The position numbers and the translations under genes are program-made. The notes under the pieces were generated by a model. The model ran no database searches. It worked only from the letters and a program-made list of their open reading frames with translations, and was not told the origin of the DNA. DNA of 61,792 nucleotides, filler included, from Asterionella formosa (lineage: Eukaryota), in NCBI GenBank assembly GCA_002256025.1. It is 23 parts of 23 records of this genome, joined end to end, with 100 filler letters (N's around TTAATTAATTAA, not from the genome) between each part and the next. Parts side by side here need not be neighbours in the genome. Positions count along the whole stretch, not along the records: positions 10,805 to 13,403 come from NKIB01015077.1; positions 13,504 to 16,100 come from NKIB01015079.1; positions 16,201 to 18,797 come from NKIB01015080.1; positions 18,898 to 21,492 come from NKIB01015081.1; positions 21,593 to 24,186 come from NKIB01015082.1; 18 more parts are not named here. The stretch is one strand, 5' to 3'. Below are positions 11,669 through 23,044 of this stretch, in pieces. Numbering within the stretch: the first letter of the stretch is position 1; the number at the start of each line of letters is the position of its first letter.

Positions 11669-12794
11669 ATGTGGGCTAATCGACACAATTCTGCATCGTT
11701 GTCTGATACAGACTACATACCAGACAATCCTGCATCGGATGGATACGACGATTATCAACTTGAGGAGTATAATGAATCGGAAGAGAGAGTCAAAGAAGAT
11801 GGGAGGTTGACGGCTGAACAAGAAAGAGATAAACTCCAAATTCTATTGTCTGAGAGTACACAGGAAATCAAGCGCCTACGTGAATTAGCAGCTGAAAACA
11901 ACCGTTTAACAATTGGAGTAGTAGGTGGAATTGGCCGGTGCAAACATTGGACAAACCTTCTGGCTAGCTGGGTCAGAGAGGAATTGTTTCCAAAAGTTAA
12001 ATTCGTCACAGGTGATTATGATTTGGAAATGAGGGAACCCGACAGCATTGCTGGTGCTGTTCGTTATCATTTCCCATCACTCAGAAATGGTACTGACGAA
12101 GAGTTTGAATCATTTTGGTTCACATATAAGTGTGACATCAACAAAAATATGTCTGAAAAAAGGAATGCTGTTTCAACATCAATCAGAAAGGGTTTCAAAA
12201 GCAAGTTCAAAATGAGGTGTCGTGCTTGCTGTTGGCTTGTTCCTTTTCCAAACAATACTTAATTAGTATAAAAACAGGAATGGTTGAGGATGGAAAGTTA
12301 CAGTTCCTTTCCCGGAATACAATTGTTCAGTCCAGGACAGAACCACCAGATGTTGGTAAAGTTGAAGAGCATCCCTTCATTATTTTAGTGAATTACATTT
12401 TTTCTCGGGTAGTGAAGTATGGTGATTATGCTAGCCAAAAAAACAAAAAAATATGGCCTCCATCATGACTGTATCGGATGAAGCATATGCCTTGCTTGTC
12501 TTAGAAAATAGTTGGGATGTATGGACCCAGAACTATACAACTGGGGATACTGGTAATGAAATTGCTGGCAGTGATGGTGGTTCAGGTGTTTTGGTGAAAT
12601 GCCTCTATACAAACCATGGAGGAGTTGGCAAACGGTATGGAGGGTGGGAAACAAAGGGTTATGCAAGGTTCAATACAATTTATGATCAAGTCGAGCACCT
12701 ACATGAGTCTGCAAACAGCATTGCTTTGGAGTCTATGTTCATGAATATGCAAAAGAAGGATACAAATGTGACCAAAATGGGAGGTAAGAAATGA
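11669..12794 (+). pseudogene. Member of a repetitive 'SDEA(F/Y)ALLxLEN..GW' protein family, probably TE-borne; candidate intron ~12201-12278 and a frameshift near 12450
   Basis: WVREELFPKVKF, TVSDEAYALLVLENSWDVW and YT...RYGGWETKGYARFN are spread over three frames. Confidence 0.55.
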
Positions 12795-12881
12795 ATTGTT
12801 ATTATTAATATTAGTATTATTCTCATTTACTAGCTAACACTAATGTAATCACAATTCTAATGTGGGTAAGTTCTTGCTTAT

Positions 12882-13403
12882 ATGCCACCAGTGATTAGGG
12901 TACAAAACGACCTGGGGAAGGCAAAAACTCCAAGTACCGCTAGTATCCCTCCCACAGCCTCTTCAATTGGCGATCTTTCGGGCACTTCACCAGCAACTGA
13001 AAGAATCAGCACCCCCTTAAGAAATCCAATTCGTGTTGATGGTTCTTTCCCACGGCCACCCAATGTGGCCTCGCTACCAACAATGGAAGGAAATGTGACA
13101 CCATCAGAAAATGAACTTAATGGGATGTCAGGAAGTTCTATTAAAAGCTTATCAAATCGCTCACAAAGTTTGACTAAAACACCCACTACTTTAAACCAGG
13201 TGCAAGTTAACTGGAAATCATCGTTGGACAAGGATTTCATGAATTGTAAGCGCCAAGGAATGGCTATTCTGGTTATGGAAGCCATGACAAAACGTATGGA
13301 ACGTCATTACCTGACAGTTCCCAAAGAACACCAAGAGATGTTAAAGGCAAACAACAACTATAAAGCATTCTACCAGATGACTATGGAGGATCTCCATGAC
13401 AGT
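12882..13403 (+). CDS. 5' part of an unknown protein (Ser/Thr/Pro-rich N-terminus), runs off contig
   Basis: Open frame from ATG 12882 to the linker. Confidence 0.4.
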
Positions 13404-13504
13404 NNNNNNNNNNNNNNNNNNNNNNNNNNNNNNNNNNNNNNNNNNNNTTAATTAATTAANNNNNNNNNNNNNNNNNNNNNNNNNNNNNNNNNNNNNNNNN
13501 NNNG

Positions 13505-15715
13505 TCACAGGGGGCTTTCAATCACGACGACATTCCTTGGGACAAGTTTGTTCGTCGTCCAAGCTTTTGCAGGGAAGGTGCGAATGGTAAAATGGACGAT
13601 TCTCCACGTGACAAGTCTATGCGACATCCCGATGTTCGTGGAGAATTCTTGAAAATTACACGAGACCAGTTTCTTCCATTGTTGCCGTTTGGAAGTCAAG
13701 ACAACTTGCAGCGGGACAGGGATGTGAGATCAAGTGTCGGCAGTCCCAAGAAGGGGACTTGGAAATCGGACTCGTATCACGGCTATGTCTCGCGGTCATC
13801 TTCTCATACGCCTCGAGATAATCGCGGAACCTATCGAGGCGTTGGAACACCGAGAGTAGACAGAATAACACCCAGTAGCGATGAGCATACGTTGCCGAGG
13901 CAACTCTCTAACGTTGATTTTCAACTCCCGGCTTTGGACCATCCACAGCGACCATTGTTGAACAATCGACAGGATTCATTAAAGAATCGGTGGGTGCCTC
14001 CAAATAGGAATATAAGTTCTGCGCCTTCTATGAATAAGAATAAAGCAGCGCCTATTACAAACTTTGCCAATTCCGTTGAGGTCGACATCAACGAAAGAAG
14101 AAAAACTCCTTTTACGAAGAATGAATCGCCGCAAGAGGAAGTCAAACCAAGTTGCAATTTCAAGGTGGAAGACAAATTTTCTTCAGTTGAATCAAAGAAG
14201 GTACATGGTAACTCAATTTGTGATCCAAGTCCATTTGCTGCCACGAATGTTGCCACCCTTCGATCGTTTGATTCGACGAGTTCAGGTGTCAACATGGAAT
14301 CGAACGGTGAGAAAGTAGACAAATTCCTGACTCGGCGACGAACTCCTTTGGAAGAGTTACCGAATCCCGAACCAACAGACTCCTCATTGGACTCATCAAA
14401 GAACGAAACGCTTAAACCTTTCGGGCAAATACTGCCATCGGATCCTGTGGTGAGCGAATCGCCTCACTCTTCAAGCAACTCATTGGCTGATGCTCATATA
14501 ACTGAGGGAAAAAAGGAAACTTCCGAGCAGGTCAAACTGGATCCTCCCAATGACTCACGAGTTCCAAAAAGGAAGGAATCAAATGAATGTATGTCAAGTG
14601 ATTATGAGCACCGAAAAATTGCAAGTAGTGACGCCAGCTCAGATTCGGAAACTGACGAGGAAGAGCTGATGCAATGGGCAAGAACTATGTTTGGAATTCA
14701 GGGACCATCCAATCAGATTCGTACACCGCAATATGATGTGGAAACTACTGATTTTAGCTCTGACGATTCAGACGATGAGCACAAATTTATCCCTCCTCCT
14801 ATCCACAATGAATCGAAATTCCGTAGCAAGTCTCGTCCGAGGTCAGAAGCACGACCGATAAAGGCAGTCAAAACGGCAAAAGCCGTTGAAACTTTAGCGG
14901 CGAAAAAAAAGGGCAACCCTTCCGCTGCTCGAATGAAGAAGGTCAAGGAAACCGAGGAGGAACAACTTAAAAGAGTAGCAGAGGCTAAAATCAAGAAAGC
15001 ACAAGCCAAGCCTCCGACAGCAGCTGAACTCAAGGCCATTCTTGGCGATGACGAGTTCATTTCTCCTTCGACGAACTGGGTGCGCCGCTCTGTTCGACAA
15101 CCTGCTTTGTCAACTTTGACTTCCACGACTGTGAAAAATCTAGTAGACAAACTCAAGAATAATGACAGTGATATGGTCGTTTTGAAAATGAAGAAATACA
15201 TCAATGATCCAGATGCCCCATCGGTTGTGATTGATGCTGCCTTGGATGCTCTAGGGGATAACTCAAATTGTGAGGCACTTTATATTCAAAATTTCAACAA
15301 GGGAATGAGAGATGAACAAGTTCTTCGTCTTCTTGAAGTATTGATGCTTCCAACGTGCAATATATGGTGCCTGAATATTGGCGAGACTTATAACGTGAAG
15401 ACAAAAACGTGGAAGCGGTTTGCAATGGGATTGAGAAAGACAAAAGTGACACATATGTACGCCAGTGAACATACCATCAGTGGGGAACTGAAGGATCGAA
15501 TAAAGGAGACAATTCGAAATAATCGGAAGAAGCACGATAAGCATTGCAATCCCAACAATTTGGAAATCATCGTACAATGTACACATTGTTGGTGGAATCC
15601 AATGAATACAAAATCTTTGCGGCCGTATTTGAAGAATAAGGGTTACGAACAACTTCTGTTGGACAAGGAGGCGCAAGGTTTACGGGGGTCTACATCAGGG
15701 GCAGCTCTAAACTGA
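13505..15715 (+). CDS. Protein with a long disordered region and a C-terminal RNI/tropomodulin-like LRR domain; probably 5'-truncated
   Basis: The frame is open from the contig start. Globular C-terminus: LKNNDSDMVVL..ALGDNSNCEALYIQN..IWCLNIGE..TKVTHMY..WWNP. Confidence 0.75.
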   Translation, partial: SQGAFNHDDIPWDKFVRRPSFCREGANGKMDDSPRDKSMRHPDVRGEFLKITRDQFLPLLPFGSQDNLQRDRDVRSSVGSPKKGTWKSDSYHGYVSRSSSHTPRDNRGTYRGVGTPRVDRITPSSDEHTLPRQLSNVDFQLPALDHPQRPLLNNRQDSLKNRWVPPNRNISSAPSMNKNKAAPITNFANSVEVDINERRKTPFTKNESPQEEVKPSCNFKVEDKFSSVESKKVHGNSICDPSPFAATNVATLRSFDSTSSGVNMESNGEKVDKFLTRRRTPLEELPNPEPTDSSLDSSKNETLKPFGQILPSDPVVSESPHSSSNSLADAHITEGKKETSEQVKLDPPNDSRVPKRKESNECMSSDYEHRKIASSDASSDSETDEEELMQWARTMFGIQGPSNQIRTPQYDVETTDFSSDDSDDEHKFIPPPIHNESKFRSKSRPRSEARPIKAVKTAKAVETLAAKKKGNPSAARMKKVKETEEEQLKRVAEAKIKKAQAKPPTAAELKAILGDDEFISPSTNWVRRSVRQPALSTLTSTTVKNLVDKLKNNDSDMVVLKMKKYINDPDAPSVVIDAALDALGDNSNCEALYIQNFNKGMRDEQVLRLLEVLMLPTCNIWCLNIGETYNVKTKTWKRFAMGLRKTKVTHMYASEHTISGELKDRIKETIRNNRKKHDKHCNPNNLEIIVQCTHCWWNPMNTKSLRPYLKNKGYEQLLLDKEAQGLRGSTSGAALN

Positions 15716-16200
15716 TCTTTATCAGAATTATGCTTCAGGGGAACAAGAACAGCGTCGATTACCTCATGTTCTTAGTTTTTGGTCGTTTTATGGTACTCCC
15801 TTGTTAATAATCACTGAATTATTGTGCATGGGTTCTGTACTTCAAACTGATTCTAGTAACAGGCATGAGCTGGCAACAACTGCTGAATGTTATTTACAAT
15901 TGAACCTTAAAATGTTTAAGTTGATGAATTACTACTTCACTTCCTTTCAGGTTTAGTTATTTTTTGTAGGACTAGCTAGTATGTTGGGGAAATTCCATTC
16001 ATTTTAGTATCCGAGATATTTCGTCTTTACATATTTGGTTACCGGTAACTTACACCATACCGGCAGTTGACCAAACAAGAAATGACCATCAGCGGGGGTA
16101 NNNNNNNNNNNNNNNNNNNNNNNNNNNNNNNNNNNNNNNNNNNNTTAATTAATTAANNNNNNNNNNNNNNNNNNNNNNNNNNNNNNNNNNNNNNNNNNNN

Positions 16201-17661
16201 TCATTCAATGAACCCTTTTCCAAGTGATGAATGGTCGTGCAGTCCGCGTCAATAACAAACTCTCTACGTCCTCCCTTGCTCATGCGAAGTTCTGTCGTGA
16301 TATCCTCTATTGACAAGCCTTTTTCGCATATTTTCTCGGATATCGTAGCTAGCATGCCAGGCCTACACATGGTGAAACAGCATAGAGGAGTGTAAACGAC
16401 CATGGAGATATCCAACAACATTGAATGACCAATTCATACATCGGGCGATATTGTCCACGTACCTGTCTTCGCCGACACAATGCATTCGAAGTCCCATGAC
16501 AGCTTGTTGGTAGTTTCCTGTTCCTCTTCGAGTAAGACCACTTGTGCGTATATTGAGTGGTTTGAGGTCCTTATTGCGATTCAAGCTGGACAGCAACTTC
16601 GTTTGTTGCTCTGGGGGAATGGAAATATGCATCATGACAATAAAGTCTTGGCCCAATCGAACCATTTTGGAGTGTGTTACATTCCCGCCTTGTTCCGCAA
16701 CAGCACGTGCCAGCGTAGCAACCAACCCAACCTTGTCTGGTCCAGTTGCGGAGAGGACAATATGACTCATGCTTCTATCCAAATCTACAGGGCAACTGTA
16801 AAAAAGCTCTTCAAATCCTTCTTCCACTATACGGAGAGTAGCTCCAGTGACGGCCCCACCAACCATGTCGTCCCCGTGAACAACGTCGCCCCCTCGCATG
16901 GCCGAGAGTACCATTGTCCACAACAGCGAGACACCGGCAGTAAAGGGGATACGGGCATACATTGGCATAAATGCAAAGTTAATGAGAGTTGCCGGCACTT
17001 TTGGTTGTTGTCAAGTGATGATGTATGTGAGCTTGAGAACACGAGGAAAGTATCATTGCAGGTATCAAACAAACAATTGGTGAAACGCACCCCAAATCTT
17101 CCACAAGGCAATCATATCTTCCTTCATATTGGATCTATAGTTCGTTATAGCCTTACTGAGATCCGGCTTCTCACTCATGACAAGCTCTTTGGTACAATAG
17201 AAGGCTGGAAAGTACATCAAGGGGTGATGAAGGCATTGATCAAGAAGGACCTGAAGTACAGAAGGAAGTTGGTCAGTGAGCATGAAGCATCCTAAGCGGG
17301 TTCGCAAACTAGTCGTGGTAGCACAACACACCTGTGCCCCGACATTAAACATCCCCTTGGTATCCTTCAGCTTTTCTCTGATAGGCTTGGAAGCAAATTT
17401 TCCAGCGTTGGGGAACATCCGCCCGAACAATTGCACATATATCCCATACTGCACCCCTCCCAGGTAGAAGAAACCGAATGCGGCGAAGGCAGCATTTCTC
17501 TTCCAGTCAACTTTCTCCTTTCGCTCCACGAGCTTTTGAACCAGATAATCCGAGAACGATGTTTTGACACAGGAAATGCCCACCCCAAAATAGAACGGGT
17601 ATTTCGCAGGCACTGCGGTGAGTCGAGAAAGAAGCGACTTGCCGGTTAGTGCAGATGCCAT
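16201..17661 (-). CDS. Mpv17/PMP22-family membrane protein fused to two ACT (GcvR-like) domains; introns 17251-17331, 16998-17090, 16363-16462; 3'-truncated
   Basis: Splicing at GT-AG sites restores Mpv17 motifs (SDYLVQ, DWKRN, LDQ..H.P..YFP, W-VPATLINF..MP..R) followed by ACT motifs GPDKVGLVA..GGNV..SKM and GEDRPGMLA..GLSIEDI. Confidence 0.85.
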
Positions 17662-18157
17662 GGAGCTGCCCTGCTTCGCTCGGTCTGCTCTGGAGAATCA
17701 AAGAAGCTGCTCACGGAACTCTGGTAAATACTCTGGTCGCACCTGTGTTGGCCTCAGTGAGTTCCACCAACTAGCATCGTGCAAGCAATGATGATGTGGC
17801 TCGTTCGTTGGTATCATACATATCAGTATGAAATTTCATTACAGCTAGCTGCTACTGGGGTCCCGGTATGTGCCCTGTACGGCACACCGTACCAGGTAGT
17901 ATCTATTTTGTTTGCCGGAGCTTTTTCGTCAGTTCTTCCTCCTGTTTTTTCATCAAAAGCAAGCAAAGAAACGCCTCGTGGATGATTATCCTTATTTATG
18001 TAGGATGATGGATCTGCATCTATTTGCATTTGGGATAAATCCTTGGTTCAGGTACTTGGAGTACCGGTACCATGTAACACCTAAAAACTGAGAGTCTTCC
18101 TTTATTTACCCTGTGTTTCGGCTCGAATTATTTTTGTCCAATTATATGGTAATGTTG

Positions 18158-18334
18158 AAGCAATTCCCGCTCCAGCTATCGTCTTGCCATTCGGGTACTT
18201 AGAAGTAATTTTTCGGCTCTAAGTAATTAATATGGGGCACACGAATTTTTCGGCAATAAAATTGCCGATTTTAGCATGACAACCAGATGACGGTAATATG
18301 CATAGAGATGGTACAACAAGCGTAAAACACACGA
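18158..18334 (+). repeat. Dispersed non-coding repeat (~180 bp), inverted copy at 36825-37010; likely non-autonomous TE
   Basis: AAGCAATTCCCGCTCCAG...GGTACAACAAGCGTAAAACACACGA is shared, with small indels. Confidence 0.85.
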
Positions 18335-20474
18335 GAATGATTGTAACATGCAACATCAATGAAAATTGAACATGATGTTTGGAGCAACCAAAGTATGAAA
18401 TGCGATGTAATAAGCAGCATCAAATGAAAAATAGAAAAAATTGTTTTGGGTTAGAAATGAAATAAAAAATAAGAGTTCCAATGGAGATGTATGCATTGTG
18501 AATCATTGTAGTACTTACACAGGCAACATTGACTTTCCATCACCATACAATTGAAGCCCGAAAGAAGAAAAAAAAGCTCAACCCAATGCAGACCTGCATC
18601 GTTATCTAGCATCAATGGTCTGAAAGCTGCAACCATGCGCATCGCTGTAGTAGTAGCCTGACACCAGTAGCAGTATTTCCGCCACAGTCATTCCTCTCCG
18701 CTGCCCACCAAACAAGCAAGAACCCTGATCATTCCATTCTGAGCAAGCGTGATCGCCACGCTGCTCCAGAACTATTGACTCTCTCTAGCTGAGTATTNNN
18801 NNNNNNNNNNNNNNNNNNNNNNNNNNNNNNNNNNNNNNNNNTTAATTAATTAANNNNNNNNNNNNNNNNNNNNNNNNNNNNNNNNNNNNNNNNNNNNTTA
18901 CTGGTAGTTTATAATGGTAGCGTCATTCAATTTCCGCCACAAAAATCAGAATTATAACACGTTACTTTGTCTATGTCTAGAAAATTATTGGGTGTTTGGT
19001 GCCACCTCGAAAAAAATGTACAGGGGGGTCCAGCAACCTCAGGGGGGTCCAGGACAATGAAGTATATGGTATATATATTTAGCGATTTTGACAAGGAATC
19101 TATGTACGTATTCGCAAATTTCCACTGATTCAAATATTTCAAATGGAATCACGTCATTCAAAAATAGCTAATTAAATTCTTAATTCCAGGGAATTTTCGC
19201 AACCCTAAGCAATATTTTAATTTTTGCCTAGGGGTTCAAGTGCAGCAACCTTAAAATGTTATGCACGTCATATATATAATTCGCATTCGCGGGTGCTTCT
19301 TGAATGACATGGTGGAGTGGAAATATTCGTTATTACTTTTTGGTATGGTTTCGCAATTCGAGCAGCAGCGAGACTGAGATCACGGTGACCAAGCCATGCT
19401 TGCATAGCTTGGTCTTTTCTAATAAATGAGGTCGCCTCCAAGTCAGGAACAATACAGGTAGTTTCACTCGTCGCTGGATCCAACTCAAGTGTTGTTGTCT
19501 TCTGATTCTAATGATGAATCAGGATTTGACTGTCCCTTGCTCCTGCAAGTAATGGCAGTGGCAGTAGCAGCTGAACTGCTGGTTCACAACGCTGCAGTTG
19601 TGTGAAGAGATACCCAAGACAAGCCAAGCCAACCCAGCAGCATACAAAGCCTTGATGAATGCATACAAAGCCTTGATGAGTTCTGGAAATGGAAGCATCT
19701 AGAGTACTGTACTATGTAAAGCCTAATCCAAACGAACTGCTGGCTGGCTGCAGTCACGAGGAATGCCAAGCACTTCTGCAATTAAAATGCACAACGATGA
19801 TCTCATATCAGTTCATACATGGGCAGGAGTAGTCGAGTACTGGTAATACTAGAGGGATGAACAGACATGGCTGGTCAACTCTGTTCTCAACACAAGCAGT
19901 GTACCGGTAGTTGTACTGTAGTACTGTAGCAGCTTCTTACTGGAGTGTTGAATGTGTAGTTCATTCGGTTCCATGTCATTCATTGATGACTTTATGTCGT
20001 CGTTGTTTCTCCGTCATGAGCGAGCTTGTTACGGAGAAAGTCTCAATCAAGTAAGGTAAGGTAAGGCAAGGTAACAGGGGAACTTGTTCTAGAAACGATA
20101 CCAAGATCGATGAGGGAATCAAATGAAAGTAAGTTGTGAGTACGAGGAAGTGATCGTCACAACAGCAACAAGCAAATCAGCTTTTCGAAGCAGACAGAGA
20201 TGAGTGAGGGAGTACCTGGTACCTTACACAGCACTGTACCTTTCCTATCCGTATTGGTGTACAGCGAAGTGTACGCTGAGGAGTGTATCAATTTCGTTCA
20301 TACCACTACTACATTTTTATTATGTACATACTTTTAACTCACCTTATTATATATAAAATAAATGTATTTATGTATATTCATAGTTAAATTGTCATGCAAG
20401 TTAACATTAATCCAAATATGGTAATGTCATACTTACATTGTTTGATTCTGTCCCTCACACGTGCACCACGAATA

Positions 20475-21492
20475 TTAGATAGGACCAAAGTCTAGGGGAA
20501 CTGAACCAGTAAATGAATTGTTACTCAATCCTAGTCCTCTGAGACTTGTTGTCAAAAGACCAATCTGAGTTGGCACTGGTCCTGTGAATCTATTGTTCTT
20601 TAGAGTAAGACCATAGAGTCTTGTCAAGAGTCCAATCTCTGTGGGAAGTGTGCCAGTGAAAGTATTGAAGGACAAATCTAGATAATTGAGACTTGTCAAG
20701 AGTCCAATTTCTGTGGGAAGTGTGCCATTAAAAGTATTGTTCTTTAGAATAGGACCATAGAGTCTTGTCAAGTTTCCAATCACAGGAGGAAGTGTGCCAC
20801 TGAAAGAATTGCTGTCCAAAGATAGAAACGTGAGACTTGTCAATAGTCCAATCTGTGAGGGAAGTGTTCCAGTGAGTGTAGTGGAGGACAAATCTAGATA
20901 ATTGAGACTTGTCAAGAGTCCAATCTGTGAGGGAAGTGTTCCAGTGAAAGTATTGGAGTCCAAGTATAAACCAGTGAGACTTGTTAAGAGACCAATCTCA
21001 GTCGGAAGTGTGCCAGTGAAAGTATTATAGGACATATATAATTCATCGAGACTTGTCAAGAGTCCAATCTCTGTGGGAAGTGTGCCAGTGAATATATTGG
21101 TGTCCAAATAAAGAACAGTGAGACTTTTCAAGTTTCCAATCTCAGTCGGAAGTGTGCCAGTGAAATAATTGTCATACAAATATAGAGAAGTGACAATTTT
21201 CAAGAGCCCAATCTCGGGCGGAAGGGATCCAACAAGTTGAGAAGAAATAGGTTGCAAATTAGTGATTTCTTTCCCACCTTCGCAATCTTTCTCAGCTTCG
21301 CAATTAATATTATTCCAATAACAAAAATCGTATTGAGAAGCAGTTCCATTATCTTGCAACCATGTATTTTTTGAAAGTGTATCACCAGTCGCATAATTAA
21401 ACACTGCCAAAGCATAGAATTGCAACAAAGTATAGTCTCTGGGCATATTATCTAGTGTCGACTGCTGCAACCATGACATTGCCAATTGTTGT
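20475..21492 (-). CDS. Leucine-rich-repeat (24-aa, plant-type) receptor-like protein, 5'-truncated
   Basis: N-cap (LQFYALAVF...W...FCYW..I.C) followed by about 10 repeats of NxFTGTLPTEIGLLTSLxxLxL, encoded as 72-bp tandem units. Confidence 0.92.
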
Positions 21493-21592
21493 NNNNNNNN
21501 NNNNNNNNNNNNNNNNNNNNNNNNNNNNNNNNNNNNTTAATTAATTAANNNNNNNNNNNNNNNNNNNNNNNNNNNNNNNNNNNNNNNNNNNN

Positions 21593-23023
21593 CTTATGCC
21601 AAGGCCTCGGGTCTCAAAACCTGGCTTCAGGAATTGGTCCTAAGACCATTCCGAAGTCAGAAATGGACATGGTGCTCAGGGGTTCCGCGCTGGCTGAAAC
21701 GCTATGCGCTCCCCCATGCGCCAGTGTCTATTGTGGAGAGGTACTTGGGTGCTGGATGGCAGAGCCTGGAACCAAAGGTACTGGCTGAGGTAGTGAAAGC
21801 ATGCATTTTGGAGAGAGAGTGTGGGATCCGACGGAACTTGACTCGTCCGTCGGGGGCCCGCACAGTGTGGTATGAGGGAGCCGGATTTGACAAGCATCCA
21901 CTCACACGGTCACGTGTGGGGGGCAGTCCCAAAGACCAAGCAGGACTGGCTTTGATAGTTCGGTGTCGGATTGGGGCATTTGTAACTGTCCCCACCTTGG
22001 TGGGGTGGAAGCGAATGCCTCATAGGTATTTGAGGAAGTGTCCATTCTGTGGTATGGATGAACCAGAAACGCTGGAACACTTAGTGTTCACGTGTGGTCG
22101 GTGGCGTGTTCTACGTACCGAGCCACACATGGCAGAATTGATCGCGAAAGTTCGGACGTTAGGGCCGAATTTCGCCCTCGGTTTTGACCAACAACGGTTG
22201 GCATGGCTCCTCGGAGGGAGTTGTGACAACCGCTGGGTACATGGATGGATGATGGGTGAACCAACCGGAGTCACAGCACAGCAAAACTGTGACTCTTCGG
22301 TTGACAGCTCATCATCCAATGGGGACGGTAGCCAGATGGAACGGAACCCGGCAGGGGCCACCACCCTTGCCAGGTTCCTGATGAGCGTTGTTAGCCTTCG
22401 TGCTAACATAATCAGGTCCCGTTGGGGGTCTTACGCAAGTGAGGCATTTGACGGGGTCCCACACACCTCCACGGGCCAACGCCCCGACGGGTAGGGCAGA
22501 CCGCGTACTGGTCAAGACTGGGGCTGCACACAGGTTTTTGGTGAGTGAAAGTCTCACACTACCTCGCCCAGGTGAGAGGGGCGGGGTGCCTCACCGGACA
22601 CTGGGACATGATTGGATGACGGGGTGCCTCAAACACATTCCTGAACACGTGAACTGGTGGGAGGAGTTCGAATCCTCCCATGATGCCCCCCAAGCACCCC
22701 ACATCGATGGGGCAGGCGGGCAAAGCGGCCGGATAGGTTTTCTCCTGGCGCCTTGGAACAGCCAAAAAAAAATGGAGGGCAGTGGATATGCCATCAGTAG
22801 GCCTGTGGAAGGAGGCACGGATGTTGCCAATGTGTGCCTTGCCATACTTCAACTTGGCCCCCCTCTCCTCACGTGGTTAAACTATCTCACCAAAATGTGG
22901 CAAAACTAGGTGGGTGCCTGGGGCGCCAAGCCACCGGAAATGTGGTTCATCAACTTTCTCACCGAAATGTGGTTAAACTAGGTGGAAGCCTAGCCTGGGG
23001 CGAAGAAGATTGGGTACAAATGC
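21593..23023 (+). mobile_element. 3' end of a non-LTR retrotransposon (C-terminal CCHC zinc knuckle; ORF ends 22494) plus GC-rich 3' region
   Basis: RCRIG..CPFCGMDEPETLEHLVFTCGRW..LR is a typical LINE ORF2 C-terminal knuckle. The frame is open from the contig start. Confidence 0.75.
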
Positions 23024-23044
23024 AACCCTAACCCTAACCCTAAC
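23024..23044 (+). repeat. Interstitial telomere-type repeat (AACCCT)3.5
   Basis: AACCCTAACCCTAACCCTAAC, followed about 20 bp later by an A-rich tract. Confidence 0.85.

Noticed and set aside
20580..21200. CRISPR-like repeat/spacer pattern (also 37745-38100, 43200-45500, 51654-51880)
   Set aside because: Periods are multiples of 3 and encode LRR, ARM or acidic repeats in open frames. There are no cas genes and the context is eukaryotic.
22657..22681. tRNA gene or B-box at GGGAGGAGTTCGAATCCTCCC
   Set aside because: It forms a simple hairpin; no cloverleaf or properly spaced A-box was found.
23024..23044. Telomerase RNA template or true chromosome end
   Set aside because: 3.5 repeats embedded between retroelement sequences: too long for a typical template and not terminal.
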